Shown here in pieces: positions 17,457 to 27,823 of a DNA stretch of 57,723 bases. The stretch is from an uncultured Candidatus Saccharibacteria bacterium. Lineage in GTDB: Bacteria; Patescibacteriota; Minisyncoccia; 2-02-FULL-40-12; GWA2-44-9. The stretch is taken from positions 1 to 57,723 of the forward strand of contig CAYUJB010000003.1 in assembly GCA_964444955.1 (NCBI GenBank), in the 5' to 3' direction. Position 1 is the stretch's first letter. Each line of letters opens with the position of its first letter. A program made the translations under genes and the position numbers. The notes beneath the pieces were generated by a model, which ran no database searches, was not told where the DNA came from, and saw only the letters and a list, made by a program, of their open reading frames with translations.

Positions 17457-17578
17457 TCGTCGGGGCGGCGGGAGTTTTATTAATCTCTACAAGACTTGAC
17501 CATTTGGCAATATTCTGGTATTTTACGGCGTCGTTCTTCGACAATTCAATCAACCAATAATCCCTCAAGGAGGGTTCC

Positions 17579-20137
17579 GTGACCGAAAACCTCAGCTGTC
17601 TTCTGCCCGACACCGTCGGGTTTACGCACTATGACGTCGAGTTGGAGCCAGATTTCACTAGCTTTACTTTCAAGGGTGCAGTACGCATCACCTGCGACGT
17701 TCGTCGCCGCACTCACGCCATCATCCTCAACAGCGCTGACCTGGCTATCGAGCCCGCGGGGGTCTCCATCTGCTACGAGAATGACCACGGCAACGACGTC
17801 GTGCACTGGGCAGCCTCGGTTCGGTTCGACCTGCAACAGGAATTCGTAACGTTCGAGTTCGAACGAGAGATTCCCGTTGGCATCGCGACACTCGATATTC
17901 ATTACACCGGCATCCTCAACGATAAGATGGCCGGCTTCTACCGCAGTAAGTACACCGGCACCGATGGCACCGAAAAGCTTCTGGCGGTGACGCAGTTTGA
18001 AGCCACCGACGCTCGCCGCGCACTGCCATGTGGTGACGAGCCATCGCTGAAAGCTACCTTCACCTCGGCGCTCATTGTGCCCGAAGGTATGACGGCGCTT
18101 TCCAACACACCTCAGCATTGGGATACGCCTCTGCCCGGCGGCAAACGCCGCGTGCAGTTTGGTGTGACCCCCAAGATGTCGACGTACCTGTTGGCATTTG
18201 TGGTGGGCGATCTGGAGTTCATCGAGGCGGAGACAAAATCGGGAGTGACCGTTCGCGTCTACACGGTGCCCGGAAAGTCTGAATTCGGCCGCTTCGCGCT
18301 CGAGACGGGTTGCAGGGCTCTGGAGTTCTACGATGAGTACTTCGGAATTCCCTATCCCCTTCGCAAGCTCGACATGGTTGCCATCCCCGACTTCGCTGCC
18401 GGCGCCATGGAGAACTGGGGACTCATCACGTATCGGGAAAACGCGCTCCTCATCGATCCCGCCAATTCGTCGACGCAGGCATACGAACGCGTCGCTGATG
18501 TGGTGTGTCACGAGATTGCGCACCAGTGGTTCGGCAACCTCGTCACCATGCGGTGGTGGACCCACCTGTGGCTCAACGAGGGCTTTGCGACCTGGATGTC
18601 CGCTCGCGCTCGCGATACGCTCTTCCCCACCTGGGAAGTGTGGCCGCAGTTTCTCCTCGAGGAGTACCAAGCGGCATTGATCTTGGATTCGCTGCGATCA
18701 AGTCATCCGATCGAAGTACCGGTACAGCATCCTGACGATATCAGTCAGACATTCGATGACATCGCCTACGCAAAGGGTGCCAGCATCATCCGCATGATTC
18801 ACCAGGCACTCGGCGATGCAACATTCCGCAAAGGTCTCAAACTCTACCTCACGCGCCATGCATACGGCAACGCGGTCACCGAAGACTTATGGGCTGCCTT
18901 GTCGGAAGTGTCGGGTCAACCCGTCGAAGCACTGATGGGAAGTTGGACAAAGCAGACGGGATATCCGCTCGTTACGATTGACTACGACACTGTCGATGAA
19001 GAGAACACTGAGTTGCACTCGCAAGAGAGATTCTTGGCGAGTGGCGCAGAGCTCACGCCGGAAGAATCGCAGCAAACGTGGCACCTCCCGACGACATTCT
19101 TCAATCGAGATGGGCTGACGTACAAACACAACCGTGGCCAACAGGTGCCAGCCCGCGTCACGTATCCCATGGAGCAATGGCGACACCTGCCAATCGACAT
19201 GGAGGATGGTTTGCTCGAGCCGATCGATCGGTACGGGCTCATCAGCGATGCGCTCGCGCTCGCACAGGCGGGACCCTTGCCAACGGCAACACTCGTGGAG
19301 TTGTTGGCCAGCTGCAGGCGAGAAGACAGCTACATCGTGTGGCTCACCATCCTCGATGCGCTCAACGCTCTCGGGAGTATCCTGGAAGGCACCCCCGATC
19401 ATGCGCGGCTCAACGCATTCGCTCAAAATCTTCTCACGCCTATCGTTGAAAAGCTCGGGTGGGAGAAACGTCCGGACGACACCCACACTACGCCACTGTT
19501 GCGAGGCATTGTCCTCAACGCATCTGGCGCGTATGGGAATGCTGTAGTCCGTCAAGAATCGCTGCGATTGCTGCGAGACAATACGGCTGGCATCACCGTA
19601 ATACATCCCGATATTCGCTTGGCGGTGTACAAAAACGCCGCACGAGTGAATTTGACCCTCAGCTACAATCTCCTCCGACAGGGATTCGAATCTGCGGGAC
19701 TCCAAGAAGAGCAGGTTCGATTCTTGCACGCGATGGGACTGGTGCGTGACCCCTCACTCCTCAATCATGTTGTCGAGTATGGGTTTGATTCGGGAAAGGT
19801 GCGGAACAGTAACTTCATCTACCTCGTGTCATCCCTGGGATCTCACGCAGCTGGGCGAAAGGCCCTGTGGTCACTGATCAGCACACGATGGGATGACGTG
19901 CAGCAGCGATTCTCCGGCGGTGGTCTCAAGATGCTTTCTCGTGTCCTGGGATCCGCGCTGGATGGATTCACTGCGAACGCCGACGCGGATCTCTTTGAGC
20001 AGTTCTTCAAAGATCACCCCGCTCCCAGCGCAAGTCGAACGATCGCACAGGCGCTCGAAGCCATCCGCACCCGTGCCGCATGGTACGAACGCGACGGAGC
20101 AGCCATAAGCGGACTCCTCGCGCAGTACACAGAGTAA
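17579..20137 (+). CDS. pepN: M1 family aminopeptidase with ERAP1-like C-terminal domain
   Basis: GAMENWG, HEIAHQWFGNLVTM...WLNEGFA and YAKGA motifs. Confidence 0.95.
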   Translation: MTENLSCLLPDTVGFTHYDVELEPDFTSFTFKGAVRITCDVRRRTHAIILNSADLAIEPAGVSICYENDHGNDVVHWAASVRFDLQQEFVTFEFEREIPVGIATLDIHYTGILNDKMAGFYRSKYTGTDGTEKLLAVTQFEATDARRALPCGDEPSLKATFTSALIVPEGMTALSNTPQHWDTPLPGGKRRVQFGVTPKMSTYLLAFVVGDLEFIEAETKSGVTVRVYTVPGKSEFGRFALETGCRALEFYDEYFGIPYPLRKLDMVAIPDFAAGAMENWGLITYRENALLIDPANSSTQAYERVADVVCHEIAHQWFGNLVTMRWWTHLWLNEGFATWMSARARDTLFPTWEVWPQFLLEEYQAALILDSLRSSHPIEVPVQHPDDISQTFDDIAYAKGASIIRMIHQALGDATFRKGLKLYLTRHAYGNAVTEDLWAALSEVSGQPVEALMGSWTKQTGYPLVTIDYDTVDEENTELHSQERFLASGAELTPEESQQTWHLPTTFFNRDGLTYKHNRGQQVPARVTYPMEQWRHLPIDMEDGLLEPIDRYGLISDALALAQAGPLPTATLVELLASCRREDSYIVWLTILDALNALGSILEGTPDHARLNAFAQNLLTPIVEKLGWEKRPDDTHTTPLLRGIVLNASGAYGNAVVRQESLRLLRDNTAGITVIHPDIRLAVYKNAARVNLTLSYNLLRQGFESAGLQEEQVRFLHAMGLVRDPSLLNHVVEYGFDSGKVRNSNFIYLVSSLGSHAAGRKALWSLISTRWDDVQQRFSGGGLKMLSRVLGSALDGFTANADADLFEQFFKDHPAPSASRTIAQALEAIRTRAAWYERDGAAISGLLAQYTE

Positions 20138-20219
20138 GTCGTACCGCCGCCAGAACACTCTGGCGGCTTTTTTGTACGGCATTGCCGCTCGAGCAATTCT
20201 GAGCTACAGTAGATTTGCT

Positions 20220-20789
20220 ATGAAACTAATTGTTGGTATTGGGAATCCCGACACAGAATACGCAGAAACCCGCCACAATGTGGGCTGGATGTTTTTGGAC
20301 TGGCTGCAAAAGAAGCAGAAGGGCGAGAAATTTGAAGAAAACAAGAAGGTGCTGGGGTCTGTCTCGCGCATAGATATAGAAGGCGAGAAGTGCTGGCTCC
20401 TCAAGCCCACCACCTATGTGAACAAATCCGGTGATGCGGTGCGTAAAGCGCGCCCGTGGGCAAAAGCAAAAAACAGCGACATTATCATTGTGCACGATGA
20501 CCTAGATATCCCCTTTGGTATGTGCAAATTTTCGTTTGAAAAAAACTCTGGTGGACACCGGGGAGTCCAGAGTATCATCGATGCACTCAAGACCACCAAG
20601 TTCTACCGTATTCGCATCGGCACTGGTGTGCGTGCGCTCGACAAAGCGCGCGACGAATCCGACAAAAAGCGTGATGAGTTCGTGAAAGATTTTGTGCTCA
20701 AAAAATTCACTCCCGCGCAGCATGACGAGCTCAAGACTATTTTTAAAGACTGCGACGTGCGCCTCTTACAAGCACTTAAGCACGGATAA
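20220..20789 (+). CDS. pth: Peptidyl-tRNA hydrolase (start revised)
   Basis: MKLIVGIGNP, TRHNVG, HDDLD and GGHRG motifs. Confidence 0.97.
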   Translation: MKLIVGIGNPDTEYAETRHNVGWMFLDWLQKKQKGEKFEENKKVLGSVSRIDIEGEKCWLLKPTTYVNKSGDAVRKARPWAKAKNSDIIIVHDDLDIPFGMCKFSFEKNSGGHRGVQSIIDALKTTKFYRIRIGTGVRALDKARDESDKKRDEFVKDFVLKKFTPAQHDELKTIFKDCDVRLLQALKHG

Positions 20790-20798
20790 GATTGCTCC

Positions 20799-22130
20799 AT
20801 GCAACGACACTACCCCATCACCGGAATGCATTGTCATTCCTGCGAGATACTTATTGAGCAGCATATCGCGAAAATTCCTGGCGTCCGAAGCGTCGAAGTC
20901 CACCACACCACCGGTGTTGCTGACGTTTCCTTCGACAACGACACCGTCATCGACGATGCCCACATTGAGCGTGCGGTGCGCGCTGCCGGGTATCGGCTCG
21001 GACGACCGCAGCCGCGCACCTGGATAAGCACCCACCCCACTGATTGGATCGAGGCACTCATTGCCCTCTGCGTTGTCTTCGTACTCTATCTCTTCGCGCG
21101 CATCCTCGGTATCTCCTCAATCACCGCGAGCACGGGGTCACAAGCGGGTGCACTGGTTGCACTCATTGTCGGTCTCACGGCCGGTATCTCGACCTGCGCG
21201 GCGCTTGTCGGTGGACTCGTGTTGGGCTTCTCAGCGCGCTACTCCGAGCAGCATCCTGCTGCGACACCGCGCGAACGCATGCGGCCCCATCTGTTCTTCA
21301 ACCTCGGACGCATCGTCGGATTTGTGATTCTCGGAGCTGCCATCGGTGCGATTGGTTCGGCACTGCAACCCTCATCCTTCACGCTTGGAATACTCACACT
21401 CCTGGTGGGAGTGGTGATGGTCTCGCTCGGCATCAAGCTTACCGAGCTCTTTCCCCGCGTCGGGACTCTGCTGTCACTTCCCTCGAGCATCGCGCGTGCG
21501 CTCGGTATCACTCAAGATCACGCCTATAGCCATTGGCGGGCAATCCTCACTGGTGCGCTCACATTCTTTTTGCCGTGCGGCTTCACGCAAGCGATGCAGC
21601 TTGCAGCGGTTGCCTCCGGCAGTGGACTTCGTGGCGCTCTTATCATGGGCGCGTTTGCGCTAGGTACTGCACCGGGGTTACTGGGTATCGCCGGCATCTC
21701 ATCGCTCGTAAAAGGCGAGACTGCACGATTCTTCTTTAAAGTCGCTGGCATTATTGTTATCGGACTGGGTATCTGGAATATCAGTAACGGATTTAGTCTT
21801 ACCGGAATCGTCCTCTCGGCGCCTCAACAGCAGGTAGGCGAGCCCACGGCACAGCTGCAAAATGGCAAACAATATCTTGCGATGACACAGGGAGAAATCG
21901 GATATACACCCAACAAGTTCATCATCAAGCGTGGCATACCCTTTGTCTGGCGTATTACCTCAACCAACGCCTACACCTGCGCATCCAGTCTTGTGGTCCC
22001 CTCGTTGGGCATCCGCAGAAACCTCACCCCTGGCGAAAACGTGATTGAGTTTACGCCGACAAAAACTGGTGAAATTCGCTTTAGCTGCTCGATGGGAATG
22101 TTCCGAGGATCCATCACCGTCATCAATTAA
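20799..22130 (+). CDS. HMA + sulfite-exporter/DsbD_2-like TM domain + cupredoxin fusion
   Basis: GMHCHSC, STCAALVGG, FFLPCGFTQ and C-terminal FSCSMGM. Confidence 0.85.
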   Translation: MQRHYPITGMHCHSCEILIEQHIAKIPGVRSVEVHHTTGVADVSFDNDTVIDDAHIERAVRAAGYRLGRPQPRTWISTHPTDWIEALIALCVVFVLYLFARILGISSITASTGSQAGALVALIVGLTAGISTCAALVGGLVLGFSARYSEQHPAATPRERMRPHLFFNLGRIVGFVILGAAIGAIGSALQPSSFTLGILTLLVGVVMVSLGIKLTELFPRVGTLLSLPSSIARALGITQDHAYSHWRAILTGALTFFLPCGFTQAMQLAAVASGSGLRGALIMGAFALGTAPGLLGIAGISSLVKGETARFFFKVAGIIVIGLGIWNISNGFSLTGIVLSAPQQQVGEPTAQLQNGKQYLAMTQGEIGYTPNKFIIKRGIPFVWRITSTNAYTCASSLVVPSLGIRRNLTPGENVIEFTPTKTGEIRFSCSMGMFRGSITVIN

Positions 22131-22139
22131 TATTGCTCC

Positions 22140-24380
22140 ATGACGAAAAAAATACTCTCGATTCGCGGCATGCACTGCGCATCCTGTGTGAAGCTCATCG
22201 AGCAAACACTCAAGAGTGTGCCGGGTGTAACTGACGCCAACGCAAATCTTGCTACCAACAAAGCGACGGTCACGTACGACGCGGATAAGGTATCCGATCA
22301 TGATCTCGCAGCTGCAGTAGCTCGCACCGGGTACGAGGTCGTACCCGAGGGACACGACGGCATGACCGCCGACGAGCATGCGCAGCACCTCAAGCGCGAA
22401 AGTGCTGCTGAGCTGGCAGCACTTCGACGGAAGGTCATCATCGCGCTCGTATTTGGTGCGCTTATCGTGTGGGGAAGCTTTCCGGGGATCGTCACCACCG
22501 CACCGGCACTGCTGACCAACCCCTGGGTGCAACTATTGTTGGCCGCACCTATACAGCTTTGGATTGGTCTAGTGTTCTATCGCCCCGCACTCCGTGCGGC
22601 GCGACACGGCACCTCCAATATGGATACGCTGGTCGCATTGGGCACCACGGTCGCGTTTGTGTATTCGGTTGTTATTACCGTAGCTCCGAACATCGTTGCT
22701 CGTGCAGGCATTGAAATAATGCCGTACTTCGATGTGAGCGTGGTAGTTATTGGCTTAGTGCTGTTGGGTCGCTATCTGGAGGCGCGCGCAAAATCTGGGA
22801 CATCAGCTGCCATCGAAAAACTCCTCAACCTGCAAGCGAAAACTGCGCGTGTTGTACGCGATGGACGCGAGCAGGATATCGCCATCGAGCAGGTCATCAT
22901 TGGTGACATAGTGCGCGTTCGCCCGGGAGAAAAGGTGCCCGTGGACGGCATCATCACGGAAGGCAATTCAGCGCTTGATGAATCTATGATTACGGGCGAA
23001 AGCATCCCCGCCGACAAAGGGCCCGGCGATATGGTCGTCGGCGCTACCATGAACACCAATGGCTCATTTCTCTTTCGTGCGACCAAGATTGGCTCGGATA
23101 CGATGCTCGCGCATATCGTGAAACTGGTACAAGAGGCGCAAGGAAGCAAAGCGCCAATTCAGCGACTGGCAGATACCATCTCATCGTATTTTGTGCCGGC
23201 AGTACTAGGACTCGCGGCGCTCACGTTTGGATTGTGGTATTTCCTCGGCACCACACCATCACTGCCGCTGGCGCTCCTCAATACGGTCGCGGTACTCATC
23301 ATTGCCTGTCCGTGCGCAATGGGTCTGGCAACACCGACCGCTATCATGGTGGGCACGGGGCTAGGCGCACAGCGTGGCATCCTCATCAAAGACGCGGCTG
23401 CGCTCGAGACTGCGCATCGCGTGACGGCAGTGCTGTTTGATAAGACTGGTACCCTCACCGAAGGGAAACCACGTGTCACCGCAGTCATTGCAGCAACGAG
23501 TTTCACTGAGACTGACGTGCTCCGCATGGATGCAACGCTTGAGCAATCATCGAGTCATCCCATCTCGCGCGCAATCATCGAAGCAGCGCAGCACAGAGCG
23601 ATTCCGATAGTGGGTTCGCCGACTGCGTTTCAGGCGACGCCTGGATTTGGAATCCAAGGGATTGTAGAAGGAAAGGAAATCATCTCTGGAGCTGAACGGT
23701 TTATGCAAAAACGCGGCATCGATACTTCTGCGCTCCGCACTCAGATTGACGCGCTCATGGATGCGGGCAACACCATCACCATTGTTTCCGCTGATGGAAA
23801 AGCTATCGGAGCCATCGCCATCGCCGACACGATCAAGCCAACCGCCAAAGCTGGCGTCACTGCGCTCCAGAAGCTCGGCATCACGGTGGCCATGATTACC
23901 GGCGACCATGAGCGTGTCGCCAAAACCGTAGCGCACGAACTGGGTATCGAACGCTACTTTGCTGAGGTACTCCCCGAACAAAAAGCATCGTATGTGACCA
24001 AACTCCAACAGGAAGGAAAGAAGGTGGCGATGGTGGGCGATGGCATCAACGACGCTCCTGCGCTTGCGGCAGCCGATGTTGGCATTGCAATCGCCACCGG
24101 CACTGATGTCGCCATCGAAGCTGCTGATGTCACGCTCGTCAACAAAGACCTCGCTACCATCGCTTCAACGATTACCCTCTCGCGACGTACGATGCGCACC
24201 ATTCGCCAGAATTTGTTCTGGGCATTCGGCTACAACATCATCTTGATTCCCGTCGCCATGGGAGTCCTCTATCCATTCACAGGTATGCTCCTGAATCCCA
24301 TCTTCGCCTCTGCTGCAATGGCAGCAAGCTCAATCTCGGTAGTGCTCAATTCGCTTTTATTGAAGCGGGTCAGGGTGTAA
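22140..24380 (+). CDS. copA: Cu(I)-translocating P1B-type ATPase
   Basis: [29 protein letters not shown] and MAASS (P1B-1 signature). Confidence 0.96.
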   Translation: MTKKILSIRGMHCASCVKLIEQTLKSVPGVTDANANLATNKATVTYDADKVSDHDLAAAVARTGYEVVPEGHDGMTADEHAQHLKRESAAELAALRRKVIIALVFGALIVWGSFPGIVTTAPALLTNPWVQLLLAAPIQLWIGLVFYRPALRAARHGTSNMDTLVALGTTVAFVYSVVITVAPNIVARAGIEIMPYFDVSVVVIGLVLLGRYLEARAKSGTSAAIEKLLNLQAKTARVVRDGREQDIAIEQVIIGDIVRVRPGEKVPVDGIITEGNSALDESMITGESIPADKGPGDMVVGATMNTNGSFLFRATKIGSDTMLAHIVKLVQEAQGSKAPIQRLADTISSYFVPAVLGLAALTFGLWYFLGTTPSLPLALLNTVAVLIIACPCAMGLATPTAIMVGTGLGAQRGILIKDAAALETAHRVTAVLFDKTGTLTEGKPRVTAVIAATSFTETDVLRMDATLEQSSSHPISRAIIEAAQHRAIPIVGSPTAFQATPGFGIQGIVEGKEIISGAERFMQKRGIDTSALRTQIDALMDAGNTITIVSADGKAIGAIAIADTIKPTAKAGVTALQKLGITVAMITGDHERVAKTVAHELGIERYFAEVLPEQKASYVTKLQQEGKKVAMVGDGINDAPALAAADVGIAIATGTDVAIEAADVTLVNKDLATIASTITLSRRTMRTIRQNLFWAFGYNIILIPVAMGVLYPFTGMLLNPIFASAAMAASSISVVLNSLLLKRVRV

Positions 24381-24417
24381 AAAAATCGACCCCGGTACAT
24401 TGGGGTCGATTGACGAC

Positions 24418-25776
24418 TTACGCCGTTGGCTGCTGCTCTTCCGCTGAAACCACGATCGGCTCTTCACGCCGATCTCGCTTCACACCGCGCGCCCGATGGG
24501 TCTGTGCGAGACCATCGCGTACGCAACCGAGCACTTCGCCCATGGTTAAGTTCGTCTTGGGGACGCGTCGAGTTTTGACTGTCCCGTTAAAGATGGCGAT
24601 GATGCTGCCATACTTCTCGAACCCGAACCACTGACGGATCTGAGGCAACGTACCGCCACTCGCCAACTGCTCGTTGGAGAGACGATAGTTGCGTCCCGAC
24701 TTCCGCTCCTCCGCAACTCTCAGGCGGCCAAGGATGGGACGCAGATCCCGTCGATGGTCACTGAAGATCTGCACATGCCCCGTCGACCGGACCTGTACTA
24801 GCAGATCCAGCTTATCGCGAAGAGTTGCACGAGCTGCTCGGTTCATCTGTTCGTTGTCCGAACGAATGACCGCGACCTTCAGTGGGCAGTTGTCCAAGAA
24901 CGTTGCGTTCGAGGCGAAGTCGTCGATCGCAGCCATGAACTGCCGCTGCACAAAGACCTTCGCATTGAGGGCATACCGCATGTCCTCAATGACAACTGCA
25001 TCCGGCGCACCAGCCATCTGCATAGCGTACGCAAGGCCGGCGAGCGAGAACGGATCATGCTCGTCCATCTGTTCGTCCAGATACTTCTGGATGTGCTCAA
25101 TCTCCTTGATCATCTCGTCAGTGAGCTGATCCTTGATCTCCGGCACATCCATCACATCCTGAAACGTACAGGTGGGCTCGCTTGTAAGCTCGAGCCTGAA
25201 CCGCTCCAGAAACCAATTGATAGCGATCTGCTTGATCGTCATCATCCGGTCTCGCGGCTCGAAGTGATCGCTGAACACGGCGTACAACGAGTCGAGCCAG
25301 CGATCAACGATGCCACGCACCTTCTCCAGCGGAACGCCGGCAGAGTGCATGTCCTTTATGATCCGCGCCATGTTGAACGGCGCGTCCGTGGCCTTGTCGT
25401 CGGCCTCCACCGCGTAGGCAAGCATCGGAATGAGACCGGGGTTCTCTGTGAGACCGAGGAACTCGGCCGTCAGAGATGCGGCTGACTTGCCATCGCCCTT
25501 GCCGTGCTCGTCGAGTCGGCCGCCAAGCACACCGATGACGACGTAGCCCTGGTCGAGCCACCTGTCGCCGTTTTCGCCTGGCTTGAGCGATAGACCCGCG
25601 TCGATCGTCTCGATGGGTGCTTCCGCGAGCCCTGGATAGAGCTCTTTCGCAAAGCGGCACAACTGCCACAACGAAAACAACTCGTCGAGGTCGGGCCGAT
25701 GATGCGTCAACGCACGATACAGCCGAACAATGCCTGCGATTATTTTCTTTACCACTTCTAACTCCTTGCTCCTCAA
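24418..25776 (-). CDS. DHH/MYG1-like putative phosphoesterase
   Basis: N-terminal THHRPDLDE and GGRLDEH resemble MYG1/DHH motifs. TTGACT-17-TATAAT promoter near 25835-25863. Confidence 0.55.
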   Translation of the reverse strand: MRSKELEVVKKIIAGIVRLYRALTHHRPDLDELFSLWQLCRFAKELYPGLAEAPIETIDAGLSLKPGENGDRWLDQGYVVIGVLGGRLDEHGKGDGKSAASLTAEFLGLTENPGLIPMLAYAVEADDKATDAPFNMARIIKDMHSAGVPLEKVRGIVDRWLDSLYAVFSDHFEPRDRMMTIKQIAINWFLERFRLELTSEPTCTFQDVMDVPEIKDQLTDEMIKEIEHIQKYLDEQMDEHDPFSLAGLAYAMQMAGAPDAVVIEDMRYALNAKVFVQRQFMAAIDDFASNATFLDNCPLKVAVIRSDNEQMNRAARATLRDKLDLLVQVRSTGHVQIFSDHRRDLRPILGRLRVAEERKSGRNYRLSNEQLASGGTLPQIRQWFGFEKYGSIIAIFNGTVKTRRVPKTNLTMGEVLGCVRDGLAQTHRARGVKRDRREEPIVVSAEEQQPTA

Positions 25777-25876
25777 AAAGGGAGCTAACTATCTAGTTGG
25801 AAACGAACCTTGGGCGTGTGCCCACGTACTATCTTATTATAGCAAAAAACAGAGCTAAAGTCAATAGCTTGCAGAA

Positions 25877-25941
25877 GGGTTAAGGGGTTAGGGTAAAGGG
25901 GTAAGTATTCAGACTAAACGCTCTACGCTAAACGCTAACCC
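25877..25941. repeat. Two short heptamer tandem arrays
   Basis: gggttaa-ggggtta-gggtaaa-ggggtaa and ctaaacg-ctctacg-ctaaacg-ctaaccc. Confidence 0.8.
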
Positions 25942-25956
25942 CTTGGCCCTTTCGTT

Positions 25957-26691
25957 TTATCCTCCTTTGGCAACAAACTTGATGATGAGCGCGGAGGCGA
26001 CCATGAGCCCCGCGGCAAACATGCCGATAGAAACGTACTTCCACAAAAGCGGGCGACTCTTTTGCACCAGCAAGAATTCATTCTGTACGTCGCCAAACGC
26101 TTTGTCGACATCAGACTCCGTTTTGGTTGGATACTGTGCCAACAAATGCTCCTGCTGCCCGCTCTTACTTTGCACGACTCGCTTGAGGTAGACCTGATTG
26201 AAAAACTTGATGACATCCGAGTGTGACACGAGGCCAAGCAACTTTTTTTGATCATCGACAACGCAGAGGGTGCTCACGTGGGGGTAGTCAGCGAATATCT
26301 TGGCGGCGTCTTCGAATGGTGCGCCGCCGCGTATCGTGGGTGCGTTGATATCCATCATGCTACTGGCTTTGATATCGCGCAGACGACCAAAGTGAGAATC
26401 GAGCGCGCGTTCATCCCCTTTGCCACGTGCGATCTGATCCATGAGCTTGAGTACGGTAGGCAGGTGCATCTCCGATGATTGGAGAATCATGTCGTGCTTG
26501 GAAATGAGACCCCGAAAGGTGTGCTGCGCATCGATTACGGGTATGCCTTCGTAGTCGTACTTCTCGAAGAGTCCCGCAATCACATCAAGCGTATCGCTCA
26601 CATCAATAGCGATGACGTCTTTGGTCATCACCTCTTGCACCGACAGGGTCGTGGTGGCGGGTTGCTCATCCATATGCCTCCAGTATATCAC
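25957..26691 (-). CDS. CBS-domain protein with C-terminal TM anchor
   Basis: VQEVMTKDV...IPVID...GLISKHD and a second CBS repeat (LCVVD...GLVSHSD). Confidence 0.88.
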   Translation of the reverse strand: MIYWRHMDEQPATTTLSVQEVMTKDVIAIDVSDTLDVIAGLFEKYDYEGIPVIDAQHTFRGLISKHDMILQSSEMHLPTVLKLMDQIARGKGDERALDSHFGRLRDIKASSMMDINAPTIRGGAPFEDAAKIFADYPHVSTLCVVDDQKKLLGLVSHSDVIKFFNQVYLKRVVQSKSGQQEHLLAQYPTKTESDVDKAFGDVQNEFLLVQKSRPLLWKYVSIGMFAAGLMVASALIIKFVAKGG

Positions 26692-26774
26692 CGGTCAATA
26701 GAAAACCCCACTGACAAGATGCTAGATTGACAAAAGACTATTTCCGTAGTATTTTGCTTTTCGGAGGAAGTACC

Positions 26775-27161
26775 ATGAGCAAACTGTACTGGGCAGGGAT
26801 AGCTATTGGTCCCCCGCCTCACGCTGGTAAATGGGCTGATAAAATGAATGATCGGATCAGCGCAGCAATCAGCGGTCCGGAACGACAGCCGATTAAAATC
26901 GAAATCGTTGAAAACCAATTCGAAATCAATCGCCATATGTTCGACGGCGCGGTCATTTGCGATTTCTTTGATCGATTTGGATCTCGAGTCGGTTTCGGCG
27001 TTAGAGCTGAAGATGAAGGACGCGCACTCGAGCTCATTGATCATGCGATCGAGGTTCTCGGAAAGCGACACACCGTAGTGCATGGCTACCAAGTCGGCGC
27101 ATGGTCGTGGGACAGTGCGGCAGTCCCCGTCGCTCAACCCGAACCGATCGCGGCATGGTAG
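26775..27161 (+). CDS. Hypothetical protein (start revised to MSKLY)
   Basis: TTGACA-17-TATTTT promoter, SD GGAGG and a terminator after the stop. Confidence 0.7.
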   Translation: MSKLYWAGIAIGPPPHAGKWADKMNDRISAAISGPERQPIKIEIVENQFEINRHMFDGAVICDFFDRFGSRVGFGVRAEDEGRALELIDHAIEVLGKRHTVVHGYQVGAWSWDSAAVPVAQPEPIAAW

Positions 27162-27236
27162 TCTACCCCCACCGAGAGTCCCCACTCTCGGTTTTTTTGT
27201 ATAAAAAACCCGCCAGAAGAACTGGCGGGTGCGTGG

Positions 27237-27788
27237 CTAGCGGCGGAAGACGTAGAACTGCTGAGGACGAGGATTGTGCAGCATCCACATTGCAGAAAAC
27301 CCATCCTCCAGAGAATCGTCAGCACGAAGCCACATGACGGGCCAGTGCAGGAATAGCTCAATAACAGTGGTCTTCGTTCCGATGAATTCCAGATCGATGC
27401 CACTCCATCTCTTGGGCAAGATCGAGTGCCGTCGAGTAAGAAGCACGCGGAGATCGTCGGTTGTCGTAGTGCGCAAATCAAACAACTCTGCCCATTTCAT
27501 CGCCACACCCATACTGCGATCCATTGGCTTAGAGCCGTGCGGAGAGAGAGCTGCCAGAACATAGTCCCAACCGTCAACGGTTACCTCCATAAGCTCAGAA
27601 GCCCATGAGGGGTAAGTTAGCTTCGGTACGATCTTCACTCGCCTACCCGACTGTATTGCCAGGAGCGCCTGTTCTAGCTCACGCCGCCCGACGTTGATCT
27701 GCTGCCGCGTCAGGCCCAGGGCGATAGCGGTGCGACGGAGCCCCAGAAACTGTTGCGGGGTCGGCTCGTCTTTTTTTCTGATTGTCAC
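27237..27788 (-). CDS. Hypothetical protein (183 aa)
   Basis: ORF followed by terminator acccgccag...ctggcgggt. No motif recognised. Confidence 0.6.
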   Translation of the reverse strand: MTIRKKDEPTPQQFLGLRRTAIALGLTRQQINVGRRELEQALLAIQSGRRVKIVPKLTYPSWASELMEVTVDGWDYVLAALSPHGSKPMDRSMGVAMKWAELFDLRTTTTDDLRVLLTRRHSILPKRWSGIDLEFIGTKTTVIELFLHWPVMWLRADDSLEDGFSAMWMLHNPRPQQFYVFRR

Positions 27789-27823
27789 AGAAAACTCCTT
27801 TGGTAAATTGCGAACGGCGAGAA

